Shown here: positions 38,201-50,331 of the stretch, piece by piece
How the letters are laid out: each line of letters opens with the position of its first letter
How positions within the stretch are numbered: position 1 is the stretch's first letter
Assembly (NCBI GenBank): GCA_963708045.1
Contig: OY970181.1
Location: forward strand, 515,740-579,739
Length of the DNA: 64,000 nt
Direction: 5' to 3'
DNA from: an uncultured bacterium
Lineage (GTDB): Bacteria > Patescibacteriota > Patescibacteriia > CAIQCM01
Position numbers and translations under genes: made by a program
Notes under the pieces: model-generated
The model's input: only the letters and a program-made list of their open reading frames with translations
What the model was told of the DNA's origin: nothing
The model's database searches: none

Positions 38201-38907
38201 ATTTTATCGCGATTTTTATTTTGTCGCCATATTTGGCGAAGGGGGATAATGCCAGCAATGATGACAAAAAATAATTCAATAATGATTAAAAAGATTAAAT
38301 TAGATTTTTGTGGTGTCTTTGATGGGGAAATTTGGACGTCAAAAAGCGGCGGAAAAACGATTTTTTGAGTTTCTGGCGCTGACAAGACTGGTGGCTCAAT
38401 GGCGGCGGTTGGTGTTGGTGTGCTGGTTTGCGGTACGAGGACGCTCACGAATACATTTGAATATGGCGCGGTCAATGAATTTTGGTTTTTAGAATTTAGT
38501 GCAAACGAGTCTGGATAAATCGCGATGTTGCCTGTTCCCGTTGCTTTGGTTTTAAAAGTAATCGTTCCGAGTTCGGCAGGTTGATCAATTCCTCCTGGGT
38601 AGCCAGCAGTTAAATAGATTGTCTCGGTATTATTACTAATTAGACTGCGATTTGCGGCCGGTAAACTTATCCATTGGTCACTCCAACGAAACCATCCAGC
38701 TTCTAACAAATTAATTGGAAATATTATTGCCGCTTGGACCGTAAAGATTTTTTCATTTTTTGGGGAAATATTGATTCCTAAATTTATATTCTCGCCAACG
38801 TTGGCTGTAATCGGATTTCCATCAAAAAATAGAGTCGTTGCCAAGGCTGGGTAAAATGCCATAAAGGTAGATGTAAAAAATATTATGGCGAACGATTTGT
38901 ATCTCAT
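38197..38907 (-). CDS. cohesin-like domain protein with C-terminal TM anchor
   Basis: Signal peptide, VGENINLGINI, VQAAIIFPINLLE, AGYPGG, LGTITFKTKATGTGNI; ATGA overlaps at both ends. Confidence 0.75.
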   Translation of the reverse strand: MRYKSFAIIFFTSTFMAFYPALATTLFFDGNPITANVGENINLGINISPKNEKIFTVQAAIIFPINLLEAGWFRWSDQWISLPAANRSLISNNTETIYLTAGYPGGIDQPAELGTITFKTKATGTGNIAIYPDSFALNSKNQNSLTAPYSNVFVSVLVPQTSTPTPTAAIEPPVLSAPETQKIVFPPLFDVQISPSKTPQKSNLIFLIIIELFFVIIAGIIPLRQIWRQNKNRDKI

Positions 38908-39527
38908 ATCGTCCAATGGACCATAAGCTGATTAAAATCAAAAATATCAACTCGCCCGCCCGCGTCGTAATCGGAAGGGTTAATTTTATTTTGCGTGCCC
39001 CAATTCGCAACCAGCGCGTTAAATTCGTTTAGGTCAATGCGGTTGTCTTGATTAGTGTCATAGGGCTGAGTTGTGTCGTTGTTTGGAACTAAGATAATGC
39101 CATCGGAATAAATATCCGAACACACGTCCTCAGTATTACAAAATCTCGCATAAATTGTTTTAAGTCCGGGCGCGTTGGGAAATTCGTGGGGTGTGTGATT
39201 AATTTTATAATTTGTATCAAAATTAAGGCGTCGTTTTTCACCAAAAGCCGGGTCTTCGGAGATCTCAACCCAAGTTGTGTCTGGTTTTCCAAAAAGACTA
39301 ATGGTTACTTGTGGCGAAGAAGTGTTCGCTTCGTCGTTGTTAATTTTGATGCCATAGTTTTCCGTTTCGGATGTGTTTATATCGCTTAGCGTCGCCGTTG
39401 TTTTAGTGAAAATTAATTTTTTGTTAATTTCTAAACCAACGCTCACATTGTTTTCTAGTGCGAACGTCAATACTGCCAAACAAAAATATTTTACAGCGCC
39501 TTCAAAGACCAGATTATTTTTTTGCAT
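38904..39527 (-). CDS. secreted protein with C-terminal dockerin-like duplicated Ca-binding repeat
   Basis: DTNQDNRIDLNEFNALVANW / DYDAGGRVDIFDFNQLMVHW; Ig-like middle (INNDEANTSSPQVTISL...GLKTIYARF). Confidence 0.8.
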   Translation of the reverse strand: MQKNNLVFEGAVKYFCLAVLTFALENNVSVGLEINKKLIFTKTTATLSDINTSETENYGIKINNDEANTSSPQVTISLFGKPDTTWVEISEDPAFGEKRRLNFDTNYKINHTPHEFPNAPGLKTIYARFCNTEDVCSDIYSDGIILVPNNDTTQPYDTNQDNRIDLNEFNALVANWGTQNKINPSDYDAGGRVDIFDFNQLMVHWTI

Positions 39528-39582
39528 TAAAAAAATAAGTAAGCACCTATAGCTTACTTAAAAACCGGTTGGATAAAGTTAT

Positions 39583-40017
39583 CTAACTGTCGGCGTATCT
39601 TGGATTAACCGCAATAGTCAGTTTTTTTACCAAAAGCAAATCTTTGATTGTTGTCTCGGACGAAACCTTATTATTAATTTCGCGTCCGGCATTGTAAATA
39701 GTTCGCCATCCCTTATTAGGGCTAGGATCGTTCCATTTTTCAAGCACCTCATCCCACGACCATTCTTTATGCAAAGAAGCCTTATTTGCAAAAAGCGTTT
39801 TGCAAAGCATGTTCTGGTCAGAATTATAAGGTATTTTAATTTCTACGCCGGCAAAAAATATTTTGTGCGATAATAAATTATAAGTTGGTGGCGGAAAGCG
39901 GGACTGGCTGATTTTTTCTTTTAGAGTCGGAACAATATCGGAAAAAAAGTAGTCATTAAAATTTTCAAGTCTATTTTTTTGACCCCCGCCCTCCAAGCTT
40001 TGGATCAATTTTGACAT
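39583..40017 (-). CDS. hypothetical protein, possible OmpR-like winged-helix C-terminus
   Basis: QNMLCKTLF...WSWDEVLEKW...TIYNAGREINNKV pattern. Confidence 0.5.
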   Translation of the reverse strand: MSKLIQSLEGGGQKNRLENFNDYFFSDIVPTLKEKISQSRFPPPTYNLLSHKIFFAGVEIKIPYNSDQNMLCKTLFANKASLHKEWSWDEVLEKWNDPSPNKGWRTIYNAGREINNKVSSETTIKDLLLVKKLTIAVNPRYADS

Positions 40018-40071
40018 ATTTAAAAAATACCACTGTGATAGGTTTTGTCAATATTCTTGGCTTTTTTTAAA

Positions 40072-42138
<2,067 letters not shown>

Positions 42139-42253
42139 TTAACAAAGATGGGGTTTCCCCCAGACTAAAAGGCATTACGAAGAACGTATTTTAGCATTTC
42201 GTTTCGGTTCGGGCAATGGATATGTTAATGAATTTTTGTTATTATATTAAACT

Positions 42254-43132
42254 ATGCCGGAAACTGAATTTACCCCGCAAAATCTATCGGAAAAGACCCT
42301 GCGCTACGGTTATTGGTTTGTCACGCACAAACTTTTAATAAAGAAGATTATAATCATAATCATAATTTTGTTTGACGCGGTGACGATCGGGTGGAGCGGT
42401 TGGGTTTGGTTTAGTTCTTATGTTCTTGAAGTGGAAAGCGACAAACAGGCCGCTGCTGAGAACGCTACCTCGGTTCTTAATTCATCGTTCCGCAGCGGAA
42501 CGGCAAGTCCGCTCATTATCGGGAACGCCCAAATGTTTACAGTCGGCGACAAGGTTGATTTTTCCGCGGAGGTAAAAAATCCAAACGTCAGTTATCGCGC
42601 AGATTTTACCTATCGTTTTATTGTGGGCGACAAGGCAACGGCGGAGCGAACGGGTTTTGTCTTGCCGAACGATGGCAAGGATATTATGGCGCTTGGCGAA
42701 AAAGTCGTCGGCTCGCCGCCGACCGTGGTTTTTGAAATTACTAATATCGCTTGGAAGCGAGTTGACCGCCATCAAATACCCGATTATCAAAAATTTTCTT
42801 CCGATCGTCTTAATTTTAACATCACCGATATTAAATTTGTGCCCGAGGGGACGGCAGCACCGACTTTGAGCGTGGTTAAAACCGGAGCAACAGGAAAAAC
42901 CACCTTTACGTTTAAAAATAATACCGGCTTTGGCTATAAGGCGATAAAATTTTCAATTCTTCTTTATCGCGGCCCCGCGCTTGCCGCCGTTAATTCAATT
43001 ACCATCGCCGATGTTCGCGCTGGCGACACACGGTTGGTTGAAGCTTCATGGTTTCAGCCGCTCCAGGCAATTTCCGACACGCGCATTATTCCCGAGGTGG
43101 ATATAATGAATGATGCGGTGTATTTAAGGTAA
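42254..43132 (+). CDS. membrane-anchored hypothetical protein
   Basis: One TM then two beta-rich domains (VKNPN motif). Confidence 0.7.
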   Translation: MPETEFTPQNLSEKTLRYGYWFVTHKLLIKKIIIIIIILFDAVTIGWSGWVWFSSYVLEVESDKQAAAENATSVLNSSFRSGTASPLIIGNAQMFTVGDKVDFSAEVKNPNVSYRADFTYRFIVGDKATAERTGFVLPNDGKDIMALGEKVVGSPPTVVFEITNIAWKRVDRHQIPDYQKFSSDRLNFNITDIKFVPEGTAAPTLSVVKTGATGKTTFTFKNNTGFGYKAIKFSILLYRGPALAAVNSITIADVRAGDTRLVEASWFQPLQAISDTRIIPEVDIMNDAVYLR

Positions 43133-43133
43133 A

Positions 43134-43170
43134 TACTGAATACCTAATTTCTAATTTCTAATATCTAATC
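43134..43170. repeat. heptamer tandem repeat CTAAT(T/A)T
   Basis: CCTAATTTCTAATTTCTAATATCTAATCC. Confidence 0.7.
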
Positions 43171-43203
43171 CGTTTTTTTAATATCGTTCCTGCGGTAATG
43201 TCT

Positions 43204-43320
43204 TTACCCCCTCCCCGATGGCCATCGGGGAGGGGGTAGGGGGAGTTCGTTTCGCCGTAAATAATTTTAACGTAATAAAAAAGAACTCTCCCTACCCTCC
43301 CTTTTACCAAAGGGAGGGCT
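43204..43320. repeat. paired CCCTCCC...GGGAGGG palindromic elements
   Basis: TACCCCCTCCCCGATGGCCATCGGGGAGGGGGTAGGGGGAGTT ... AACTCTCCCTACCCTCCCTTTTACCAAAGGGAGGG in inverted arrangement. Confidence 0.65.
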
Positions 43321-43409
43321 AAGATTTTTCGTTTCATCTCTTCATCCTCTTTGGGAGGCGCAAAATGGTTTTATGTTGCGATGTTTTGGTTTTGTGATAT
43401 GGTCTTTGT

Positions 43410-44534
43410 ATGAAAAAAGTGTTGTTATTTCTTCGCGAATTGGATCCGTGGATGCTGCTTGGAGTCACGGCACTTTTGCTTTTTGGTTTTACGGCTATTT
43501 GGAGCGCGGGAATCGCGAGGGGTGGGAACGAGGTAGTAAAGCAAGTTGTGGCGCTAGTAATTGGGCTCGTAATATTTTTTGTGACGGCGACGGCTCATCC
43601 GCGGACGATTCATCGTTTGCGTTACGTTATATATATCGCGGGAATTGTTTTGCTGATTGCGGTTTTAATTTTTGGCCACAGTGCCAAGGGAACGCAGGGT
43701 TGGATTCGTTTTGCTGGAACATCTTTTCAGCCGGTTGAGCTTGGGAAAATTATTCTCCTTATTGTGCTCGCGGCAATTTTGCCCTTGCACGCGCGAACCA
43801 AGTCGCTTCGGGCGATGATCGGCGCCACCGTTGTTTCTGGTATTTACGTTTTTTTGGTGATGCTGCAGCCCGACTTAGGGTCGTCGCTTGTTCTCGTTAT
43901 GCTTTGGGTGGTGATGCTTCTCGCTTCAGGTATTCCGCGGCGCTATGTTATTGGAATTTTTATTGCCGCCATCGCCGTTGCCGCGCTCGCTTGGCAGTTT
44001 GGGTTGCAAGACTTTCAAAAAGGACGCGTCCTCACGTTTTTAGATCCGTCGCGCGACCCGCGCGGCCGCGGTTACAATGTTGCTCAGGCGCAGATCGCCG
44101 TTGGCTCGGGCGGGCTGTTTGGAAAAGGTTTTGCCTCGGGATCGCAAAGCCAGCTTCGTTTTTTGCCGGAAAGCCAGACGGATTTTATTTTCTCGCTGAT
44201 TGTTGAAGAGTTTGGACTTATTGCCGGACTGATTGTTTGTGCGGGAATGGGACTGATTATTTTTCGTCTTTACCGATTATCTTGCCGCGCGCCCGACGAT
44301 TTTTCGCAATTCCTGGCGATCGGCGCGGCGGCGATGCTGACGACGGAGTCGCTCGTCGCGATCGGCGGCAACATTGGGCTTTTGCCAATGACCGGGATTA
44401 CTTTGCCGTTTGTTTCGGCCGGCGGTTCTTCGCTAATTGCTCACTTTATTTTGCTCGGGTTGACCCAATCGGCATATCGCGCCGCGGCGCGCGGCTCGGC
44501 AATGCGCCCGGCCGATCTGGTCTCGTCCACTTGA
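43410..44534 (+). CDS. rodA: rod shape-determining protein RodA (SEDS)
   Basis: FQPVELGK, LQPDLGS, GYNVAQAQIAVGSGG, LPESQTDFIFS, TGITLPFVSAGGSS. Confidence 0.95.
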   Translation: MKKVLLFLRELDPWMLLGVTALLLFGFTAIWSAGIARGGNEVVKQVVALVIGLVIFFVTATAHPRTIHRLRYVIYIAGIVLLIAVLIFGHSAKGTQGWIRFAGTSFQPVELGKIILLIVLAAILPLHARTKSLRAMIGATVVSGIYVFLVMLQPDLGSSLVLVMLWVVMLLASGIPRRYVIGIFIAAIAVAALAWQFGLQDFQKGRVLTFLDPSRDPRGRGYNVAQAQIAVGSGGLFGKGFASGSQSQLRFLPESQTDFIFSLIVEEFGLIAGLIVCAGMGLIIFRLYRLSCRAPDDFSQFLAIGAAAMLTTESLVAIGGNIGLLPMTGITLPFVSAGGSSLIAHFILLGLTQSAYRAAARGSAMRPADLVSST

Positions 44535-44611
44535 CGAATGAATGGCGATAATGTAGTTTATTCATAGATTTAGCCGACGCCGTTGGGCGTTGCTTTTCGT
44601 CTTATAAGACT

Positions 44612-45301
44612 ATGGAAATTATTACACTTGAAGCTAAAAAAAGAACAATTCAGGGAAAAGCCAATGCTGCTTTGCGCCTTACGGGTGTGATTCCCGCCGT
44701 TATATACGGTAAGAATCAGCCGTCAATTTCTCTGGAACTCCCGGAGCAAGCTTTTGATAAAGCTTTTCAAATTGCTGGCGAATCAACTTTGATTGATTTG
44801 GTTGTTGATGGTGAAACAAGCAAGGTGCTTGTTGCTGACGTCGCGCGCGACGCGATGTCTGACCGTGTTATTCACGTTGACTTTCATAAAGTTTCGCTTA
44901 CCGAAAAATTGCACACCAAGATTCCGATTGCCTTTACGAACGAGTCGCCGGCGGTTAAGGGCTTGGGCGGCGTTCTTATTAAGTCGGTTCAAGAATTTGA
45001 CGTTGAATGTTTGCCTTCGGCTTTGGTGCACCAGATTCCGGTGGATATTTCTGTGCTCACCAAGTTTGGCGACGTGATTCACTTTAAAGATGTCATTATT
45101 CCTCCGGGCATTACCGTTAAACACCTTCATGATACCGACGTAATTGCTTCGGTCGCTGAACCACGTTCTGAAGAAGAAATGAAAGCGCTTGAAGAAAAAC
45201 CAGTTGAATCAGTAGAAGCGGTAGAAGTCATTAAGAAGGAAAAGGCTGCCGAAGGCGAGGAGGCCGCCCCGGAAGCTGACAAGAAAAACGAAAAGAAATA
45301 A
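44612..45301 (+). CDS. rplY: 50S ribosomal protein L25/Ctc
   Basis: LRLTGVIPAVIYG, IHVDFH, Ctc C-terminal domain and acidic tail. Confidence 0.95.
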   Translation: MEIITLEAKKRTIQGKANAALRLTGVIPAVIYGKNQPSISLELPEQAFDKAFQIAGESTLIDLVVDGETSKVLVADVARDAMSDRVIHVDFHKVSLTEKLHTKIPIAFTNESPAVKGLGGVLIKSVQEFDVECLPSALVHQIPVDISVLTKFGDVIHFKDVIIPPGITVKHLHDTDVIASVAEPRSEEEMKALEEKPVESVEAVEVIKKEKAAEGEEAAPEADKKNEKK

Positions 45302-45347
45302 TTTTTACGAAGGCCGCCTCATGGCGGCCTTCGCTGTATAATACTAT

Positions 45348-46367
45348 ATGTCGCTTAAAATTATTTTTGATTTTTTAAAAAAACATTGGATCAAGTTGTC
45401 GTTTGTCGGGGGAATCTTGCTCATCGTCGTTTCACTCGCGGCTATCTTTTTTATTTTTGGCGAAAGAAAAACGGAAATTGGAAATATAACCAATGCAAAA
45501 AATGAGCCGTTGCCTTCGGCGCCAGGGGTAAAAAATTGGGTTGACCTTTATGCAGTTTCCATAGACAACCACGTTAATGCGCGTCCGGTTTCTGGATTAA
45601 ACAATGCGGAATTTGTCATTGAAGCGCCAGTTGAGGGTGGAATAAGTCGCTTCCTAGCTTTTTTTGAACGCGGAAAATCGGTTTCCGAAATTGGGCCGGT
45701 TCGCTCGGCGCGCCCATATTTTTTGGATTGGGTAATGGGCGCGGGGCCAGCGCTATTTATTCATATCGGCGGCTCGCCCGAGGCGATGGCGCGAATTGCG
45801 GCGGATCCGGTTTTGCTTGTGACTAACGCCGATGGCATTGGTGCGGCTGGCGTTTATTTTTCACGCGATTTGTCGCGTGAAGCCCCGCACAACGCCTATG
45901 TTTCTTCAAAAGACATAGAGACATTATTTTTTAAACGCAGTCCGACGCCGCGCTCGGTTGCGGGCTGGAATTTTGTTGTCGCGCCCGAAGCTTTAAAATT
46001 GGGGAGTGCTGGCGAGATAAAAATAAAATTTGGCGATCCTGCAAATAGCGTCGTTTGGAATTTTGACAAAGAGAAAAATATCTACTTGCGTTCTTCGGGC
46101 GGCAAAGCCGACAAAACGAGAGATGGGGAGGTGATTAGCGCGAAAAACATCGCCATAATTTATACCGAAGTTAAGTCAATTGATAGCGAAGACCGAAAAA
46201 AAATTCAGACAACCGGCGAAGGCACGGCTAAGGTTTACGTAAATGGAAATGAGATTGGTGGAACATGGAAAAGCGACGGCAAATCCTTGCCACGTTTTTA
46301 CGATTCTTTTGGCAACGAAATTATTTTTACCGAGGGGAATGTGTGGGTTGAGGTAATTGGCACGTAG
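45348..46367 (+). CDS. DUF3048 domain protein
   Basis: AVSIDNHVNARP..GL, EAPVEGGISRF, IGPVRSARPYF, APHNAY. Confidence 0.9.
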   Translation: MSLKIIFDFLKKHWIKLSFVGGILLIVVSLAAIFFIFGERKTEIGNITNAKNEPLPSAPGVKNWVDLYAVSIDNHVNARPVSGLNNAEFVIEAPVEGGISRFLAFFERGKSVSEIGPVRSARPYFLDWVMGAGPALFIHIGGSPEAMARIAADPVLLVTNADGIGAAGVYFSRDLSREAPHNAYVSSKDIETLFFKRSPTPRSVAGWNFVVAPEALKLGSAGEIKIKFGDPANSVVWNFDKEKNIYLRSSGGKADKTRDGEVISAKNIAIIYTEVKSIDSEDRKKIQTTGEGTAKVYVNGNEIGGTWKSDGKSLPRFYDSFGNEIIFTEGNVWVEVIGT

Positions 46368-46545
46368 CGCGTAGCACGTAGCACGTAGCGCGTGGCGCGT
46401 AGCACGTAGCACGTGGCGCGTAGCACGTAGCACGTGGCGCGTAGCACGTAGCACGTGGCGCGTAGCACGTAGCACGTGGTTTTAAAAAACAGGCTAAAGC
46501 CTGTTTTTTTCGTTTTCTACGTGCCACGTGCTACGTGCTACGCGC
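46360..46545. repeat. 17 x GC(A/G)CGT(A/G) heptamer array, central bidirectional terminator, 4 inverted units
   Basis: 46360-46478 array with a 21-nt higher-order unit; AAAAAACAGGC-TAAA-GCCTGTTTTTT; (TACGTGC)-type x4 at 46518-46545. Confidence 0.92.
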
Positions 46546-46552
46546 CATTTGG

Positions 46553-47398
46553 CTATGTGCCAAAAAGGGCGATGCGGGGCAGGTTGGCAAGATCATTTTT
46601 TATTTCTACCATTGCGGTGGGGAAGTGGCGTTTGGCTAATTTGGGAAACGAGCTTTTTTGCGATGGGTCTATTTCACAAATAATTATGCCAGTTATTCCG
46701 CGCGCGACAATTTGGTGGAATAATTCATCGTAATATTTTAGTCCGTCCTTGCCGCCCGTGAGGGCGGTTTTTGGTTCAAAATTTTTTACGTCGGGCGGGC
46801 ATTTTTGCCAAACCCTGGTTGGTAAATAGGGGAGATTGGCGACAATAATCGCTGGTGCGTTAATTTTGATTTTTTTTGGCAGCAAGTTGGTACGTTCAAA
46901 AATTATTTTATCTTGCACGTCATTTAGCGCGGCGTTTTCTTTTGCGATTTTTAGGGCGGCTTTTGAAATGTCAGTGGCGACGACTGTTGCGCTTGGGTAA
47001 TTTTTAGCAACGGCGATCGCGATAGCGCCACTGCCGGTTCCGACGTCAATAAACGGCACGTAGCACGTAGTACGTAGTACGTTGATGGCTTCCTCCACTA
47101 GCATTTCCGTCTCTGGGCGGGGGATGAGGGTGTGTTTGTTTACAAAAAATGGCAGGCTAAAAAATTCCTTAATTCCGACGATGTAGGCGACTGGTTCGTG
47201 CTTGGCGCGGCGGGCGAGAAAGGTATGATATTTTTTTGCGGCCAAGCTTGGCATTGCGCGGTCGTCGTGCGTAAGCAGTTCTTCACGGGTAATGCCAAGC
47301 GCATGCGCAAGTAAAATTTCAGCGTCAATAGCCGCTGATTCTTTTGAAGCGCGACGGAGTTTTTTTATGCCGAAAATTTTTGCTTCTTTTATTGTCAT
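46553..47398 (-). CDS. prmC: release factor glutamine methyltransferase
   Basis: EPVAYIVG, LIPRPETE, DVGTGSGAIA, ANLPY, GGKDGL; downstream of prfA. Confidence 0.95.
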   Translation of the reverse strand: MTIKEAKIFGIKKLRRASKESAAIDAEILLAHALGITREELLTHDDRAMPSLAAKKYHTFLARRAKHEPVAYIVGIKEFFSLPFFVNKHTLIPRPETEMLVEEAINVLRTTCYVPFIDVGTGSGAIAIAVAKNYPSATVVATDISKAALKIAKENAALNDVQDKIIFERTNLLPKKIKINAPAIIVANLPYLPTRVWQKCPPDVKNFEPKTALTGGKDGLKYYDELFHQIVARGITGIIICEIDPSQKSSFPKLAKRHFPTAMVEIKNDLANLPRIALFGT

Positions 47399-47408
47399 TG
47401 TTTGTTGG

Positions 47409-47500
47409 TAGAGATTAGAAATTAGATTTTAGAAGCTGGTAGCTCGTCTTCTAATTTCAAATCTCTAATCTCTAATCTCAAATTCACATTCTAATTCTAA
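47409..47500. repeat. inverted heptamer arrays (TAGA(G/A)AT)n ... (ATCTCTA)n
   Basis: Read directly; CGTCTTCTAA junction shared with about 33816. Confidence 0.8.
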
Positions 47501-47510
47501 AATAAAAGAG

Positions 47511-47729
47511 CCCCCGACGAAAGAGGCGACGTTTAACAAGGGGAGGGGGGTCTTGTTACGCACTCAATTCCGTCGGGGGAGAAAATAGGGGGCCTTGGAG
47601 TGGTTAGCTAGCGACGCTGCTGCTACAACGCGTTTTGCCTATGCAACCTTGGGCTAAAGATGGAGGTTCGGGACACCCAGGAAACCCGATAAAACCATCG
47701 TAAGCGTTTGGCGCATCCACTCCAAAGCC
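47511..47729 (-). ncRNA. candidate structured RNA (139-nt rod + 69-nt hairpin), family unknown
   Basis: 13-bp closing stem GGCTTTGGAGTGG/CCACTCCAAGGCC (47729/47591) with nested helices; second hairpin CCCCCGACG/CGTCGGGGG followed by a U-tract; strand tentative. Confidence 0.5.
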
Positions 47730-47755
47730 AAGACAAGAAAGAACGTCTAATTAAC

Positions 47756-48820
<1,065 letters not shown>

Positions 48821-48839
48821 AAAGTCATTGTAACATTAA

Positions 48840-48927
48840 ATGAAACATGAACCATGTACCACGTACCATGAACCATGAACCACGAACCACGAAACATGTA
48901 CCACGAAACACGTACCATGAAACATGT
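48840..48927. repeat. about 12 x A(T/C)G(A/T)A(C/A)C heptamer array
   Basis: ATGAAAC ATGAACC ATGTACC ACGTACC ATGAACC ... between the rpmE terminator and the prfA promoter. Confidence 0.9.
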
Positions 48928-48977
48928 ATAAATAGAATACAAAAACAGCACCAATTAAGGCGCTGTTTTTGGAATAG

Positions 48978-49274
48978 CTATTTTGATTCAGGCTTTGCTT
49001 CTTTGGTGGTCTTTTCAGCCTTTTTCGTCGCGCGTTTTATCGCTTTGACTTTTTTACCAGTCGCGACCGTTGATTTTTTTCCGGCGCGATCGGTGAATCT
49101 TTCTACACGGCGGGCGGTGTCTACAAGCTTCTGTTTGCCGGTAAAGAAGGGGTGGCAAGCAGAACAAAGTTCAACGTGAATTTCGTCGCGCGTAGAGCCG
49201 ACTTCGTAGACTTTGCCGCAGGCGCAGATGATCTTAGCCTTTGGATGATAAGTTGGGTGGATATCTTTCTTCAT
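48978..49274 (-). CDS. rpmE: 50S ribosomal protein L31 (Zn-binding type, basic tail)
   Basis: [28 protein letters not shown]. Confidence 0.97.
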   Translation of the reverse strand: MKKDIHPTYHPKAKIICACGKVYEVGSTRDEIHVELCSACHPFFTGKQKLVDTARRVERFTDRAGKKSTVATGKKVKAIKRATKKAEKTTKEAKPESK

Positions 49275-49341
49275 AAGACAATTATCCTAACAAAAAGCCG
49301 TAATTTGGTCAACTTCTGACGATTGGAGTATTATTTTAGTT

Positions 49342-50319
49342 ATGAAAATCATTATTATTGCCTTATTTTTCGCTTTATTTATTTTAACACGCCCGGTTTT
49401 GGCGGTAACGCCGAAAACGCCGATTTTGGGAAAGGCGGAGGTCGTTAGTTCAACGGAAATTCGCTGGCATTTTGTTAACCGCGACAAAAACGCAGTTGCT
49501 TTTGAACTGTGGGACGTGCTTGGGAGGAGAATTGTAAAGCGGGTGGATGACAAAAAAGCGACGTATATAACCGAGGACAATATTATTCCCGCCGACCCGG
49601 ATCAGGCCTGCGGGCGGTATGTTGTTGCGGTGAATAAAAATGGCGAGCGGTCGTTTGGGCAGGTTATGACATATCCGTGCGTTAGGACGCCGCCAGTGGT
49701 TCCGCCGCCGCCGGAAATTGAAATAAAAGATAATAAGATTATTAAAGTTAATGTGTCATCGGGCGCTAATGACCCAGCAACTTCCATTGGCGTTTACGAA
49801 GCCAAGCGCGGTGTTTGGTTGTCGCCGGAAAATTTATTTGTCGCTGATCCGTTTATGGAGCCAGCTGGTATTTGGGGCGCGGATATGGGGTCGGTGCTAA
49901 TTGGTTTGCGACACAATTCTAGTTATGTTTTTTATTCGCGCGCTCGTTCGGTTACGGGCGAGCTCTCTATTTGGTCAACGCCGGTAATAATTCGGATGCC
50001 GGCGGAAGTGGCTGACCCAGGTGCGCCGGTGCTTGATCGGATTGGCGAGTTAAAAAATTTGCGCGGCGAAAAGCTTGATCAAACTTTTACGGTTAAGTCC
50101 GCGGCGCCGGTTATCGCCGGAATCTTTCGCGGCGCGAACGTAACCGTGGACTTGGACGACCGTCCGTATCAAGCGACTGTTTTTGGAAGCGGGGAGATAA
50201 AAAGTTTTTCTTTCGCGCCTGGGAAAATTGGTTCGGGCTTTCATTATTTGCGCCTTGGCGCGATTGCGAATGGGACTGTAAGTTGGTCGCCGACAATAGA
50301 GTTTTTGATAAAAAAGTAA
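49342..50319 (+). CDS. secreted protein with FN3/Ig-like domains
   Basis: Signal peptide (VLA|V), GLRHNSSYVFYSRARS FN3-like strand pattern. Confidence 0.65.
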   Translation: MKIIIIALFFALFILTRPVLAVTPKTPILGKAEVVSSTEIRWHFVNRDKNAVAFELWDVLGRRIVKRVDDKKATYITEDNIIPADPDQACGRYVVAVNKNGERSFGQVMTYPCVRTPPVVPPPPEIEIKDNKIIKVNVSSGANDPATSIGVYEAKRGVWLSPENLFVADPFMEPAGIWGADMGSVLIGLRHNSSYVFYSRARSVTGELSIWSTPVIIRMPAEVADPGAPVLDRIGELKNLRGEKLDQTFTVKSAAPVIAGIFRGANVTVDLDDRPYQATVFGSGEIKSFSFAPGKIGSGFHYLRLGAIANGTVSWSPTIEFLIKK

Positions 50320-50331
50320 TATAATATAAAA

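Noticed and set aside
46360-46545. Possible CRISPR array
   Set aside because: Contiguous 7-mers with no unique spacers and no cas genes
46176-46733. ORFs with VLRATRH / PRATCYA repeats
   Set aside because: They are translations of the heptamer array and overlap real genes; spurious
47511-47729. tmRNA, RNase P RNA, SRP RNA or retron msr-msd
   Set aside because: Hallmark motifs absent (GAGGAAAGTCC, tRNA-like ends, SRP domain IV loop) and no reverse transcriptase nearby
48847-49179. ORF MNHVPRTMNHEPRT...
   Set aside because: Heptamer array read-through antisense to rpmE
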